The position numbers were made by a program, and so were the translations under genes. Source: a virus (taxonomy: Duplodnaviria > Heunggongvirae > Uroviricota > Caudoviricetes). Taken from it: a stretch of DNA of 64,000 nt. This document shows positions 25,223 to 34,829 of this stretch, one piece after another. Each line of letters opens with the position of its first letter. Positions within the stretch are counted from its first letter, which is position 1. Below the pieces are notes generated by a model. That model saw only the letters and a list, made by a program, of their open reading frames with translations, was not told the origin of the DNA and ran no database searches. The stretch is taken from the IMG/VR virus record IMGVR_UViG_3300032220_000751; one strand, written 5' to 3'.

Positions 25223-26560
25223 ATGCCCTCGACTCATCTGAATACCTCTGACATCAACATCGCTCTGTTCTTCTTGAACACTATCCAAGAACACACGGAG
25301 CCTCACTCCAAAGCTGAACGTGCCATCACCGCTCTCCAGAGCGTGATCAGTAGTGAACACACGCTTGGCCGGGTCAAGAGCGTTGCGATTCATATCAGCA
25401 ATGTCGCTCAGGAACAGCTGACGGTCGTCATCACGACGCCGCATCCATTCGAGAGCTTCCATGATGACGAACTGACTATCAAGTATCCATCGTACTCGAT
25501 CAGTTTGCGCAAGGAAGAAGGTTTCAATCCGGACTTCCTGGCTCCATCTGAACCACCAGCGCGTAACATCCGTCGCGATGAATCACATCAACATCAGTCA
25601 TCGCCTGATGAAGTGGATGATGCGGTCAGTGCCGAGACGGATACCGTCATAGAACCCGTGTATCCAAGTGCTCAAATCAATGAGCGTGCTAAGGTAAATG
25701 TGGATCACGGTCGTGCATGCATGATGATTCGTCGTCGACTGTATCCGATTGAAATCAACCTGCTGTCAGACGATTCTGTGGTTGAATCAAGTGGCAAACG
25801 CCATCCGAAGGATTCTCACACCATCGAAGTGGCGTGCTATTCCAGGAGTATGGTTGCTGACAAAATGACGATAACTAAACGAATGGAGTCGAAACATTTC
25901 AGCTTCGACGCCACCACCAAGATGAATGGGAAGATCATGGCGTCGCATCTTGGCAATGCAGGTTTCCTCAATTGCCCTGAAGCACTTAGCGCATATCTCG
26001 ACGCCATCGGTAAGTCTTTCTTTAGCAATGATCGTAGCGATGAAATCGTCATCGTGCTGTCGATGTTACATGAAACCTACCGTGGGCTTGCTACCACTGA
26101 CGATGGTCGCTGGGTCCGTCCATACCACCTGCCGGAATACATCTACGGCGATATCCAGTATCAAGTGCATCATGTTGCTGGCAAACGCTACCATCTGTCG
26201 CTGGTGATCGATCCTGAGAATGAGGGTGCCACATCCTTCGTTGTGAAAAATGTGGATGACATTGTCACTGTGGTAGATAGCGTGGCGATTCTGAATACCG
26301 ACATCCCGGAACTTATCAACTTCCAACGTCCAGCAGCGTACTTCTACGGCTATTCTGACAGATCGAAAGATGTCGATATCGGTGCTTGTAACGTCATCGC
26401 TTTACCCAATGAACTCAATGCCATCCTACTGAACCTGCTGGATCGTCGTCGTATTGACAACGCTCGTAGCGGACCATTCAACCTATCCCTCCATATGTCA
26501 TTGGAGATGTTCAATAAGTTAAACGTATCGGACTTTCTGCCGATTTGCACAAGGAGCTAA
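25223..26560 (+). CDS. Hypothetical protein
   Basis: ORF track 25196..26560; ATG 25223 after GGAG. Confidence 0.8.
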   Translation: MPSTHLNTSDINIALFFLNTIQEHTEPHSKAERAITALQSVISSEHTLGRVKSVAIHISNVAQEQLTVVITTPHPFESFHDDELTIKYPSYSISLRKEEGFNPDFLAPSEPPARNIRRDESHQHQSSPDEVDDAVSAETDTVIEPVYPSAQINERAKVNVDHGRACMMIRRRLYPIEINLLSDDSVVESSGKRHPKDSHTIEVACYSRSMVADKMTITKRMESKHFSFDATTKMNGKIMASHLGNAGFLNCPEALSAYLDAIGKSFFSNDRSDEIVIVLSMLHETYRGLATTDDGRWVRPYHLPEYIYGDIQYQVHHVAGKRYHLSLVIDPENEGATSFVVKNVDDIVTVVDSVAILNTDIPELINFQRPAAYFYGYSDRSKDVDIGACNVIALPNELNAILLNLLDRRRIDNARSGPFNLSLHMSLEMFNKLNVSDFLPICTRS

Positions 26561-26563
26561 ATT

Positions 26564-27016
26564 ATGCTCAGATATCGATATACACTAGAAGTGGATCCAG
26601 GTGGTTTCTTCCGAGGTCAGATGATTGATTTCCCTGACATCGAAACCGGCTGGGGTAAAATGAATCAGGTCATCACTGAACTGTCGCTGAAGTTGCGGCT
26701 TCATTTCAGCGAATTGATTCAAGAAGGTGAGGCTATTCCTATTTTCCCTCTGGAAGATCGTAATGCCCGCACCATCTACCTCCCGGCCGCTACCAGCTGG
26801 CGCGTTCAACTGTGGAATCTTTTCGTCAGTCGCAACATGACACTGGCGGACATCGCAAAGTCGCGCGACGCAATCCACTACACACCACCTGGCGTGACTA
26901 CGTTGGACCACGTTCGTCATGTATTTGACTTGCGTGAATCCACGAAGTATCGCAGCTTGATTCCTTTCTCCAAAATGCTGGGGGTTGAAATCCAAGCGCA
27001 GGTGGTACCCATCTGA
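26564..27016 (+). CDS. hicB: Orphan HicB-like antitoxin
   Basis: YTLEVDPGGFFRGQMIDFPD...EGEAIP...LP...RVQLWNLF..MTLADIA...VFDLRESTK...LGVEI parallels E. coli HicB along its full length. Confidence 0.75.
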   Translation: MLRYRYTLEVDPGGFFRGQMIDFPDIETGWGKMNQVITELSLKLRLHFSELIQEGEAIPIFPLEDRNARTIYLPAATSWRVQLWNLFVSRNMTLADIAKSRDAIHYTPPGVTTLDHVRHVFDLRESTKYRSLIPFSKMLGVEIQAQVVPI

Positions 27017-27039
27017 TGTGATTCAAACCTGATTTAAGT

Positions 27040-27050
27040 ACATATCACTA
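27040..27050 (+). promoter_or_regulatory. Putative early promoter ACATATCACTA
   Basis: Exact motif, flanked by inverted repeat TGATTCAA/TTGAATCA. Confidence 0.65.
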
Positions 27051-27082
27051 GCTTGAATCAGGTTAATTAAGGAGACTATTTC

Positions 27083-27421
27083 ATGTCTTTTGAAACAGAC
27101 AGAGAGGCTATTGGCACATACATCATCGGTGTCTGGGTCTTCCTGGTCTTTATCGGCAATATGCGTTTGTTCTTTGGGAGTCACAAGTCTCCAGAGTCTA
27201 AGTTGGCGCGTCTGTCGGCACTGATCAGGATGAAAGATTTCATCACCAGTCCCGGATTGATTCTCTTCTCAACGATGATTCATGGATTCTTGGCTAATTT
27301 AACATTTACGTTAGGATGGATACCGGCATTCAAATTGCTGATATTCAATTACGGTATGGCTCTGGTCACAGGGTTATACAGTAAGATCGTCCTAGACGAA
27401 GAGTCAAGAGGAAAGAAATGA
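27083..27421 (+). CDS. Multi-pass membrane protein
   Basis: AAGGAG RBS; three hydrophobic segments. Confidence 0.75.
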   Translation: MSFETDREAIGTYIIGVWVFLVFIGNMRLFFGSHKSPESKLARLSALIRMKDFITSPGLILFSTMIHGFLANLTFTLGWIPAFKLLIFNYGMALVTGLYSKIVLDEESRGKK

Positions 27422-27903
27422 AAAAGATCTACGAGTACGTGGGTAAATTCGTTGTTGCCAATGCTATCCGCAGCTTCTTGGATAATTGGTTGCATAAGAA
27501 GGAAATCATCAAGGTTCCCACAGGTATCGATACGTTACTCGGTGCGTGTGTTAATCAAGCCATGGGTAACGTGTACGACACCACAGCCAAGTGTTTGAAG
27601 GTTAAGGTGGAAGTGCATTTCCGTCATCGCTTCACTGATGAAGTCATCATCGGACCGATGACCCAAGAGCACGTGATGTTTCCACCATCCTGGATGAAGG
27701 ATGAGAAACTGTTACGTGAATACGCCATGAACTGCGCCCAGAACGACATCGTCATCAAGATGCGTAATGGTAGCATCTTCAAGACGAAGTACAACGCCAT
27801 TTCGCGGATGAAGATCGACATCAACATCCAAGAACTGAAACTGGAGTATCTCACCAAAGCTTTGCTTGGTCGTGAACCTCGTCTCGCTGAGTCGCCTGCA
27901 TAA
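27418..27903 (+). CDS. Hypothetical protein
   Basis: ATGA overlap, 161 aa. Confidence 0.75.
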   Translation: MKKIYEYVGKFVVANAIRSFLDNWLHKKEIIKVPTGIDTLLGACVNQAMGNVYDTTAKCLKVKVEVHFRHRFTDEVIIGPMTQEHVMFPPSWMKDEKLLREYAMNCAQNDIVIKMRNGSIFKTKYNAISRMKIDINIQELKLEYLTKALLGREPRLAESPA

Positions 27904-27992
27904 GGCTTCAATGGGATAGGTGCTTCGGTACCTATCCCAGATTTGATGTATTTTGTTTTGATCAAAAATAACACTACAAGGAATCCTACATT

Positions 27993-28511
27993 ATGGATAT
28001 CAAGCTTTGCGATACACATGAAGATGCATCTAGCTACGGTCGTCGTATCTGGATCACCCAAGCTGGTGAAGATCACAGCAATCTGATTAACTGGACTAAC
28101 ACGTTTACCCAGGTATACGCTGGACTGGGTTGCTTTCCGACTCTGGTACGTGTGGGTGGTCTGCATGGTCAGATGTGTCTTTACCTGCATGGCTCGGACT
28201 TCCAGTGCTACATGCTCAGAGAATGGATCGATCGCATGCGTGGGTCGGAGAATTACATAACAGATTCACGTCTGTACACCAGTGCTGAAAAGAACATCCG
28301 TTCTTACAACATCGGTTACGCCATCAAGATCGCCAAGAGTAACATCACTGAACAAGGTCTGCGTTTCCACATCGATACCACCAGCTGGCAAACGATGCCG
28401 GGTCAGATGGATCCGGAAACCAAGCAGTTGTTCTGTATGTACGAGATCAACCGCATCGTGGACTACCTGATGAAAGCCGCCCATTCGGACTTTCATCGTC
28501 GTCGTTTCTAA
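27993..28511 (+). CDS. Hypothetical protein
   Basis: AAGGA RBS, 172 aa. Confidence 0.8.
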   Translation: MDIKLCDTHEDASSYGRRIWITQAGEDHSNLINWTNTFTQVYAGLGCFPTLVRVGGLHGQMCLYLHGSDFQCYMLREWIDRMRGSENYITDSRLYTSAEKNIRSYNIGYAIKIAKSNITEQGLRFHIDTTSWQTMPGQMDPETKQLFCMYEINRIVDYLMKAAHSDFHRRRF

Positions 28512-28532
28512 TCAACAACAGGGAGCTATTTA

Positions 28533-28898
28533 ATGCCAACCTTGGCTGAACAATTGGGTATCACTGAAGATACCCCGAAGTATCCCAACGATGGTGTCAC
28601 TCGCCGGGTGTACTTGAACTGTCTGGCTTGCGTACTCGAAAAGGGTACCAAGAAGACGTTCATCGAAGAAGAACCCTTCGAAGTCATCATCATGCCAGAA
28701 CGAGAAGAACTCGATGATGGTTTCGCCATCGAGTCTCATGCTTTGTGGCGCGCTAAGCACATCTACCTGAATCAAGGTCAGATCTACAGCCGCATGCGCG
28801 AGAAAGGCGTCGAGCATTTGGACTGGTACGTGGACATGGTGATCCTGTGGCAATTCCCCATTCCGATTAACAAATTGAAGTTACACAACCTAGGATAA
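28533..28898 (+). CDS. Hypothetical protein
   Basis: GGAG RBS, 121 aa. Confidence 0.75.
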   Translation: MPTLAEQLGITEDTPKYPNDGVTRRVYLNCLACVLEKGTKKTFIEEEPFEVIIMPEREELDDGFAIESHALWRAKHIYLNQGQIYSRMREKGVEHLDWYVDMVILWQFPIPINKLKLHNLG

Positions 28899-28901
28899 GC
28901 G

Positions 28902-29288
28902 ATGCAGTTGAAATTCATCAAGATGTTGCAAAACGTCGACTATCAGGCTCTCATCGATCGCGCTATCGAAGAGGTCACGCCATACGCAATCGACATGCCA
29001 GACCAAAGTCCACATCTGGTGCGTAACGTGATCATCACCACGCACCTGGAAGACTATGAGTTGGGTGCTGGTCTGGAGGTCTCTTTTGAACTCCAGAATC
29101 CCGTACCCCGTTACGCAACTATCGAAGGTCGTAATCAAAAGATCTTCTATCGTCAGTTCGTGGCCTTCATTCCTCAAAAGGAAATCGTTTATCTGGATGA
29201 AGTCAAACTCACCAAGAAGGTCAAGCGTTCCATCACTGACATCATCCCGAAGTTTCTCGACAAGATCTATCGCAAGATTCCAGGCTAA
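28902..29288 (+). CDS. Hypothetical protein
   Basis: 128 aa in operon. Confidence 0.75.
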   Translation: MQLKFIKMLQNVDYQALIDRAIEEVTPYAIDMPDQSPHLVRNVIITTHLEDYELGAGLEVSFELQNPVPRYATIEGRNQKIFYRQFVAFIPQKEIVYLDEVKLTKKVKRSITDIIPKFLDKIYRKIPG

Positions 29289-29297
29289 GGAGTAACA

Positions 29298-29729
29298 ATG
29301 GAAGTCAATGAACACGATGGTGACCCGATCGTTTTCTACGATCCGGAAACCAAGATCAGTAAAGGTAAAGGATCACGTGGCTTTGGACTGTTTGAATTCA
29401 GGGACCTGCATAGCGCTGAATGTTCCCTGCAAGAAAGCAGTGCTGCGACCATGAACTGCATCTGGCTGGGTATTTCTGAACCCAAGCCTAAGATCATGAC
29501 CGGTGACGCAGAACAGCTCGGTATCAAACACACTGTGGTTGGTCCAGGATGGTCAACCGTTGACATTCCTCCGGAAGCATTCATTCAGGGACGTATGCAC
29601 TTGTCCCAAGCCATGGTCAAACAACTCCTGCCTTACCTCACCCACTTCGCTGAGACTGGCTCTCTTCCAGCTGAAGTTCTGGATAAGGTAGCACCACTGG
29701 AGTTGCCCGATGTCACCGTTAAGGAGTAG
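29298..29729 (+). CDS. Conserved phage hypothetical protein
   Basis: FRDLHSAECSLQESSAAT.NCIWLG...RMHLSQAMVKQLLPYLTHFAETG motif, widespread in phages. Confidence 0.8.
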   Translation: MEVNEHDGDPIVFYDPETKISKGKGSRGFGLFEFRDLHSAECSLQESSAATMNCIWLGISEPKPKIMTGDAEQLGIKHTVVGPGWSTVDIPPEAFIQGRMHLSQAMVKQLLPYLTHFAETGSLPAEVLDKVAPLELPDVTVKE

Positions 29730-29731
29730 CC

Positions 29732-30322
29732 ATGAGTATCCGTAAGATCAAGAAACATCACATCGCCACCATCATGCACATTCTTGCTGAGCGTAAGGCA
29801 GTGCAAAAGCGTGTGGATATGTACAACAATCTACCCGAGTCGTACTACAAGAAGATCGAGGATGAAGTCATGTCGACACCTGAAAAACCTGCACTGACGG
29901 TAACCCAGAAACTGGAAGCCGAACTGACCAGCGGTAACATTACGCTGAACCCTTTCCATCATCAAGGTAGTCGGATTGCACGTGAGATGTTCGCAAGCCA
30001 AGTACAGTTCATGAAGAACTTGGCGCCAGTTGATGACATTGCACTCATCACCACGGGACATGGCAATAAAGACAAACTCGTCCATGAGTTGGCTGACCAC
30101 TACGTCGATCATCTCGACAATACTCAGTTCGCTGACAATCCCGGCTCGATCAGGGCTCAGTTGCTGAAGTCGCGTCATCTCGACAGCACACCTCCTCAGC
30201 ATCCTCAGGGTATTTATGAGTACAATCACGGCAAGATGGTCGACGGTTCGCTGATCATCGAGAATCGTCCGTCCCACAAGATCGACCCCCTTCTGATTGA
30301 ACCGCTCAAAAAAGCTGATTAA
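29732..30322 (+). CDS. Hypothetical protein
   Basis: AAGGAG RBS, 196 aa. Confidence 0.75.
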   Translation: MSIRKIKKHHIATIMHILAERKAVQKRVDMYNNLPESYYKKIEDEVMSTPEKPALTVTQKLEAELTSGNITLNPFHHQGSRIAREMFASQVQFMKNLAPVDDIALITTGHGNKDKLVHELADHYVDHLDNTQFADNPGSIRAQLLKSRHLDSTPPQHPQGIYEYNHGKMVDGSLIIENRPSHKIDPLLIEPLKKAD

Positions 30323-30369
30323 TCAAGTATCATCTTTTCGTAAATTTACTTAATAATTGGAGAGAAGTT

Positions 30370-31020
30370 ATGCATCAAGAAAAATGTTTCGTCGCTAGCA
30401 TCGGTTACATGCCCAATAACCTGGACGAACACATCAAGACACTCGGACGTGTCCGTGCTGTCAAGTCTCCCTCTGGCAACGTCTACGCCATCATCGTGGC
30501 CAAAGACGATGTCCCAGCAAAAGAACAGATCAGCCAGATCGAACGCGTTCTGCTGACGGCGCAGCATACTCGGATGGTCGTGGCAGACGCAGTTGATCTG
30601 GTTGTCGACATCCGTGACGGTACTCTGTTCAAGAGCGCCATGTGGACAGGTCGTATGGAGACGCCCTACATGTCGATCTTCGGTATTGATCTGAACCAAG
30701 ACCGCAAACAGAATTCCGACATCTCTTTGCACAGCTACATTGCTCAACTGCTGAGCCGTCATGCCATGCGTGGCGGCATCCAACGGCTCAGTAATGAGAT
30801 GGAAGAGATCCTGGGTAAGCATCCGGAGATCTCCAACTTCAAGTGGGCGACCTTCGGCTTCATCAAGGAAGTCAGTATCATCTGGGGCAAAGGTACTTTG
30901 CAAGTGGACTTCTGCCGCAATGACAAACACGACAGTAACGGCTACGTGCTGGAACTGACGGTGAACGTCTGGGGTTTCATCGAAAAGGTGGAACTTGCAA
31001 TTAACGTCGTACCTGCATAA
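30370..31020 (+). CDS. Hypothetical protein
   Basis: GGAG RBS, 216 aa. Confidence 0.8.
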   Translation: MHQEKCFVASIGYMPNNLDEHIKTLGRVRAVKSPSGNVYAIIVAKDDVPAKEQISQIERVLLTAQHTRMVVADAVDLVVDIRDGTLFKSAMWTGRMETPYMSIFGIDLNQDRKQNSDISLHSYIAQLLSRHAMRGGIQRLSNEMEEILGKHPEISNFKWATFGFIKEVSIIWGKGTLQVDFCRNDKHDSNGYVLELTVNVWGFIEKVELAINVVPA

Positions 31021-31472
31021 TGACCTCCACGGTCTTTGTGCATCAAAACGTCCGTGTCGAGAGTGTAGATAGCATTATTCTCGATACGGGTGAGGCTGTC
31101 CGTGCACTCAAGAAGTTCTTAATTAACTTTCCTGATGGCAAGGATATTTTTGAACACACGCTTCTTCAAGTCTTCGAGTATGTTTACGAAATCGCCGATG
31201 CTAAAGCGATGATCAAGGAATTTTGTAATGAGTCCTGTGATATCGTATACAGCAGAGGTACCAATGAAGAAGCAAGAAGCGCCTTGTACGCAGCGTTGTA
31301 TGAATTCGCTACCGCCGTAGTGGATATCGCAATTGCTGCAGACTTGGTAGTTGATGGGGTGTTGTTTTATACCTATCAAAATTTGGTGGGGGATGATATT
31401 GTCGTCGGATACAATCCTGATCCGAAGATGACTATCGAACCTGGTTTACTTTCAAGGAGGTTTACATCATGA
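31020..31472 (+). CDS. Hypothetical protein
   Basis: TAATG overlap, 150 aa. Confidence 0.75.
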   Translation: MTSTVFVHQNVRVESVDSIILDTGEAVRALKKFLINFPDGKDIFEHTLLQVFEYVYEIADAKAMIKEFCNESCDIVYSRGTNEEARSALYAALYEFATAVVDIAIAADLVVDGVLFYTYQNLVGDDIVVGYNPDPKMTIEPGLLSRRFTS

Positions 31473-31579
31473 CCCAAATCAAAGCACTGCTGTTCTTCAT
31501 TGCAGTTTGTTTGATTTACAAACTCGTTGCTGGTCATTCCAACCCAACAGTCAAATGGACTCGCACTGACTGGAACTAA
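31469..31579 (+). CDS. Small membrane peptide (36 aa, not in ORF track)
   Basis: AGGAGG RBS; MTQIKALLFFIAVCLIYKLVAGHSNPTVKWTRTDWN*. Confidence 0.65.
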   Translation: MTQIKALLFFIAVCLIYKLVAGHSNPTVKWTRTDWN

Positions 31580-31592
31580 GGAAAGGACATCG

Positions 31593-31964
31593 ATGAAGAT
31601 GTTAAAGAATAGCTTGAAGCTACTGTTCATTATCACGGTCTTGTTCTGCTGGGTCATGTACCTGGCCATGAATCAAGCCCATGCTAGTGAGTACAAGAAA
31701 GCTCCTCCCACGAAGCCTCAACATAAGAAGGCTAAGGCGGAGAAGGTTCGGAAGAAAACAGTACCCAACTTTGTCGAAATGACAGAAGCGGATGCTGCAC
31801 TACAATTAGTATGTCACAAGGGTCTCTGCAAAGATGTCTGGACTGGCAAGGTAGTGGCGACTGGACCTGATGGCGTGTTCTTGGCATATTCCGATACGCC
31901 AGGCAATCGTGCTAAGGCGTCATTACTTGGTTCGCACGTGATGTTTGTGCAGCCAGCTAAATGA
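31593..31964 (+). CDS. Secreted or membrane-anchored hypothetical protein
   Basis: AAGGA RBS, signal-like N-terminus ending AHA, Lys/Pro-rich linker. Confidence 0.75.
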   Translation: MKMLKNSLKLLFIITVLFCWVMYLAMNQAHASEYKKAPPTKPQHKKAKAEKVRKKTVPNFVEMTEADAALQLVCHKGLCKDVWTGKVVATGPDGVFLAYSDTPGNRAKASLLGSHVMFVQPAK

Positions 31965-32283
31965 TGATAAAAAGCAACAGAAATATCCTTATCCTTATGT
32001 AGAGATATTTCTCTGGGGGCTGACTTACCGTGATAAGCACAAAACCCCAGATGTGTTAGTGAGTTTGTCGCGCCTGTGCGACGGGTTATTTCCTTTTAAC
32101 CAGCAGACCTCATTAACGAACGGTACGGGTGGCATTGAGCGTAGTCGCGCTCTGCGCCAAGCTGCTGCTATTGGAGTTTGCCTAGCCATGGGAACTTCAG
32201 TAAGTGTGCAACCGTTAGCATCCCACCTAATCTTGTTCCGGATGACGTGGTTTATTAATTATGCTAACGAGTGTGCATTTTGA
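31945..32283 (+). CDS. Hypothetical protein (start uncertain)
   Basis: Protein-like 112 aa frame but only a TTG start and no RBS. Confidence 0.45.
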   Translation: MCSQLNDDKKQQKYPYPYVEIFLWGLTYRDKHKTPDVLVSLSRLCDGLFPFNQQTSLTNGTGGIERSRALRQAAAIGVCLAMGTSVSVQPLASHLILFRMTWFINYANECAF

Positions 32284-32318
32284 GTAGCGAATGTAGACTT
32301 GAGGGGAAGGCAACTTTT

Positions 32319-32351
32319 GGAGAGGACTTCGGTCCTCTCCTTTTTATGCCG
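32319..32351 (+). terminator. UUCG hairpin terminator with TTATG
   Basis: GGAGAGGAC-TTCG-GTCCTCTCC-TTTTTATGCC. Confidence 0.75.
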
Positions 32352-32384
32352 TTACTTTTATGTGTTGACTATTTGGAGAATTTA

Positions 32385-33008
32385 ATGTCCAAGACTAAAA
32401 TCAAATTGGATAGTCTGGTGCAAGAACCCCAACGTCCTCGTACTTCGTTGGAGGTACAGCAAATCCTTAATCGCTATCTGAAAAGCGATTGCATGCAGTT
32501 CTATCTTTTCCAACTCGAACGGTTCAGTAAAGAACTGGATCAGGCACGTCTGAATGGCGAGCCTAAGTTCTACTTCGAGGAAGAGAAGAATGCAGCTTCT
32601 GAGAAGTATCGTCTGTACTTCTCAGTTGCAGCCTATTCCACTGAACCTGAGCCGCTTTTCCGTATCCAACTCTCGGCTGACACATCTGGTCAGCCTTATG
32701 CTGGCTGGCGTGCTGAAAACCTGCCGTGGACTGATGCCCCACAGTGCGTCTGGAAACATGGTCTCGACGGTCGTGCAGTAGCGGCCTATCTGACGACCTT
32801 GTCGTATTACATGACTCCCCTGAACGCACTCTTGGCCAGGAATACCGGTGAACATCTGTCGAAGTACTATGGTCGTGTGATGGCGGGTCATCCTGACACC
32901 ATACCCAACCAAGTGCACTTCAGTGTTTACACCAATGACTGTCATGTGCACGTCGAGACTTACCACGATGGTAAAGCTCGTGGCACGATTGACATCTTCG
33001 CCAATTAG
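32385..33008 (+). CDS. Hypothetical protein
   Basis: ORF track 32271..33008; ATG 32385 after GGAG. Confidence 0.8.
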   Translation: MSKTKIKLDSLVQEPQRPRTSLEVQQILNRYLKSDCMQFYLFQLERFSKELDQARLNGEPKFYFEEEKNAASEKYRLYFSVAAYSTEPEPLFRIQLSADTSGQPYAGWRAENLPWTDAPQCVWKHGLDGRAVAAYLTTLSYYMTPLNALLARNTGEHLSKYYGRVMAGHPDTIPNQVHFSVYTNDCHVHVETYHDGKARGTIDIFAN

Positions 33009-33015
33009 GAGTAAC

Positions 33016-33471
33016 ATGGTTAAGTATCTCATGATAGTTATCGCATTCCTGTTGGTTGGTTGCGATAACCGAATTCCATCTCATGGTCAGTATGGTAGTG
33101 CTGCTGATCGTGATCGGTTCCAAGCTGATTACGAAAAAGGTAGTCCCAAAGTCACACCGGGATTCGTAGAGGAATGGACAGCCAAAGCTACCTGGAAACC
33201 CAAGGCAGAATACCAAGCTCAACAACCACCTAAGACTCCAGAGTCAGTGTACAAGATCAAAGATTTGTTCACGCACAATGGATGTACGGTAACCAAGTTC
33301 TACGACGACGGTCGCTGGCGTTACTTCACCAATTGCAAAGGTGAGACAACGTTTGTTGAAAGATGTGGCAAAAGTTGTACCAATCATGTCACTATCCCGA
33401 CTAACATCACTGAACCCAAACCAGTGAAAGACCAAGAAGCAGATACCGTCCTTAACGTGGACAAGAAATAG
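33016..33471 (+). CDS. Lipoprotein with DUF4884-like C-terminal domain
   Basis: AGGAG RBS; lipobox LLVGC; LFTHNGCTVTKFYDDGRWRYFTNC. Confidence 0.75.
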   Translation: MVKYLMIVIAFLLVGCDNRIPSHGQYGSAADRDRFQADYEKGSPKVTPGFVEEWTAKATWKPKAEYQAQQPPKTPESVYKIKDLFTHNGCTVTKFYDDGRWRYFTNCKGETTFVERCGKSCTNHVTIPTNITEPKPVKDQEADTVLNVDKK

Positions 33472-33478
33472 AAGTAAC

Positions 33479-33515
33479 CATATCCCTCTACCTTCGGGTA
33501 GAGGGAGTTATGTCC
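33479..33515 (+). terminator. CATA-hairpin-TTATG terminator
   Basis: TCCCTCTACC-TTCG-GGTAGAGGGA, later long T-tract. Confidence 0.7.
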
Positions 33516-33605
33516 TTACTCTTTTTTTTTTTGATTATTCAAGTCTTAATAAACTAAGTAGAAGATTATTCGTCTATTATATGACTAAACTAAAAGGAGT
33601 TTATA

Positions 33606-34412
33606 ATGGTTGCTAGAAATCAAAGAATGGATCTTCCGGAGTCTGGTACGAATGGTGTATATCGAATCATTCTTTCGAGTGGTTATTTCTACATTGGTAG
33701 TTCCAGTAATATTCGTAGCCGTATTATCCATCATCTTGCTATGCTACGTGACAATCAGCATTTTAATAAGAAACTACAAGAACAGTTTAATTTACAAAAC
33801 GAATACTCGATAACGTATTTCGTATCCAATGATCGTAATTCTGCGTATCGTGAAGAGATGAATGAAATCGGTAATAATCTTGATAACTATTTCATGTGTA
33901 ATGAGATTTCTGATCATCGTCCGTTATGGGATCTCGGTCATAGTGACCAAGCTAATGAAAAACGTAATGCTACTGTTAGATCCGTTGAGTTTGTTGAAGC
34001 TAGGTCTAAAGGAACCAAGAATCAATGGGAAAATACGAATCTACGTGAGAAACGTATGGTTCATTTGAGTAAGCCGGAAGTACGTGCTCAGTTAATTAAA
34101 AATCTAACATCACTTGAATCCAGAGCTAAGAGTAAAGCGATTCTCAATAGCCCTGAAACTAAAGCTAAAGCTAGTGCATCTAAAAAGAAAATGTGGGAAG
34201 ATCCCAGTTATAGAGAAAAAGTCTTAACAGCTAGAGCCTCCCCTGAAGCATTGGCTAAACGCGCAGCTAAATCTAAGCCAGTAATCGTAAATGGTGTGGA
34301 GTATCAGAGCACTAGAATCGCATGTGAAACTCTGAACTTGAATATCAGTACGTTACAAAGTAAGTTAGCGAAAGGTACTGACCCCAATGTTCAATATAAA
34401 CCAAGGGAGTGA
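33606..34412 (+). mobile_element. Free-standing GIY-YIG homing endonuclease with NUMOD3-like repeats
   Basis: GVYRI...FYIGSSSNIRSRIIHH; S.E.RAK repeats; C-terminal VIVNGVEYQS..A HTH; visibly AT-rich DNA. Confidence 0.85.
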
Positions 34413-34783
34413 ACATGTTTAGAAAGATAGGACTGTTATTCGCGCCGGTATTTAAGGATATGTTAACGAATAAAGTCCAGCAATATGAACCCATTCGTGT
34501 GGTTGGTATTCCTAGCTTTGCATTAGGTGTGATTACGTACTTAAGTGCCACCATTGTAACTGTGTGGAAACAAGGTACGTTAAACTGGGTGGAGTGGTCT
34601 ACTGGCTTTACAGCGTTGATGACAGCAGTTATTGCATTAGCTGCCGCAATGCGAGTCAAAGAAAACACGGAAGTACAACCGCATGAATTACCAGGCGGTC
34701 CTCCAGCACCTACTCCAGATCCACCTCCAAATGAAGTTGTAGTTACAACGTCTACTACGGTTCAACCAAAAGTCGGACCGTGA
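34409..34783 (+). CDS. Two-TM membrane protein (holin-like), Pro-rich tail
   Basis: Two hydrophobic helices, charged then Pro-rich C-terminus; holin role is inference only. Confidence 0.6.
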   Translation: MNMFRKIGLLFAPVFKDMLTNKVQQYEPIRVVGIPSFALGVITYLSATIVTVWKQGTLNWVEWSTGFTALMTAVIALAAAMRVKENTEVQPHELPGGPPAPTPDPPPNEVVVTTSTTVQPKVGP

Positions 34784-34784
34784 C

Positions 34785-34825
34785 GGCATAAAGGCCAGAG
34801 CCCGAAGGCTCTGGCTCTTATGACC
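34785..34825. terminator. Bidirectional GGCATAA-hairpin-TTATG terminator between convergent genes
   Basis: GCCAGAGCC/GGCTCTGGC stem. Confidence 0.7.
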
Positions 34826-34829
34826 TTTG

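Noticed and set aside
33606-34412. GIY-YIG as the mobilising partner of the ORF-less trnL intron
   Set aside because: It is 25 kb away; collaborative homing normally needs close linkage, and nothing in the sequence supports it
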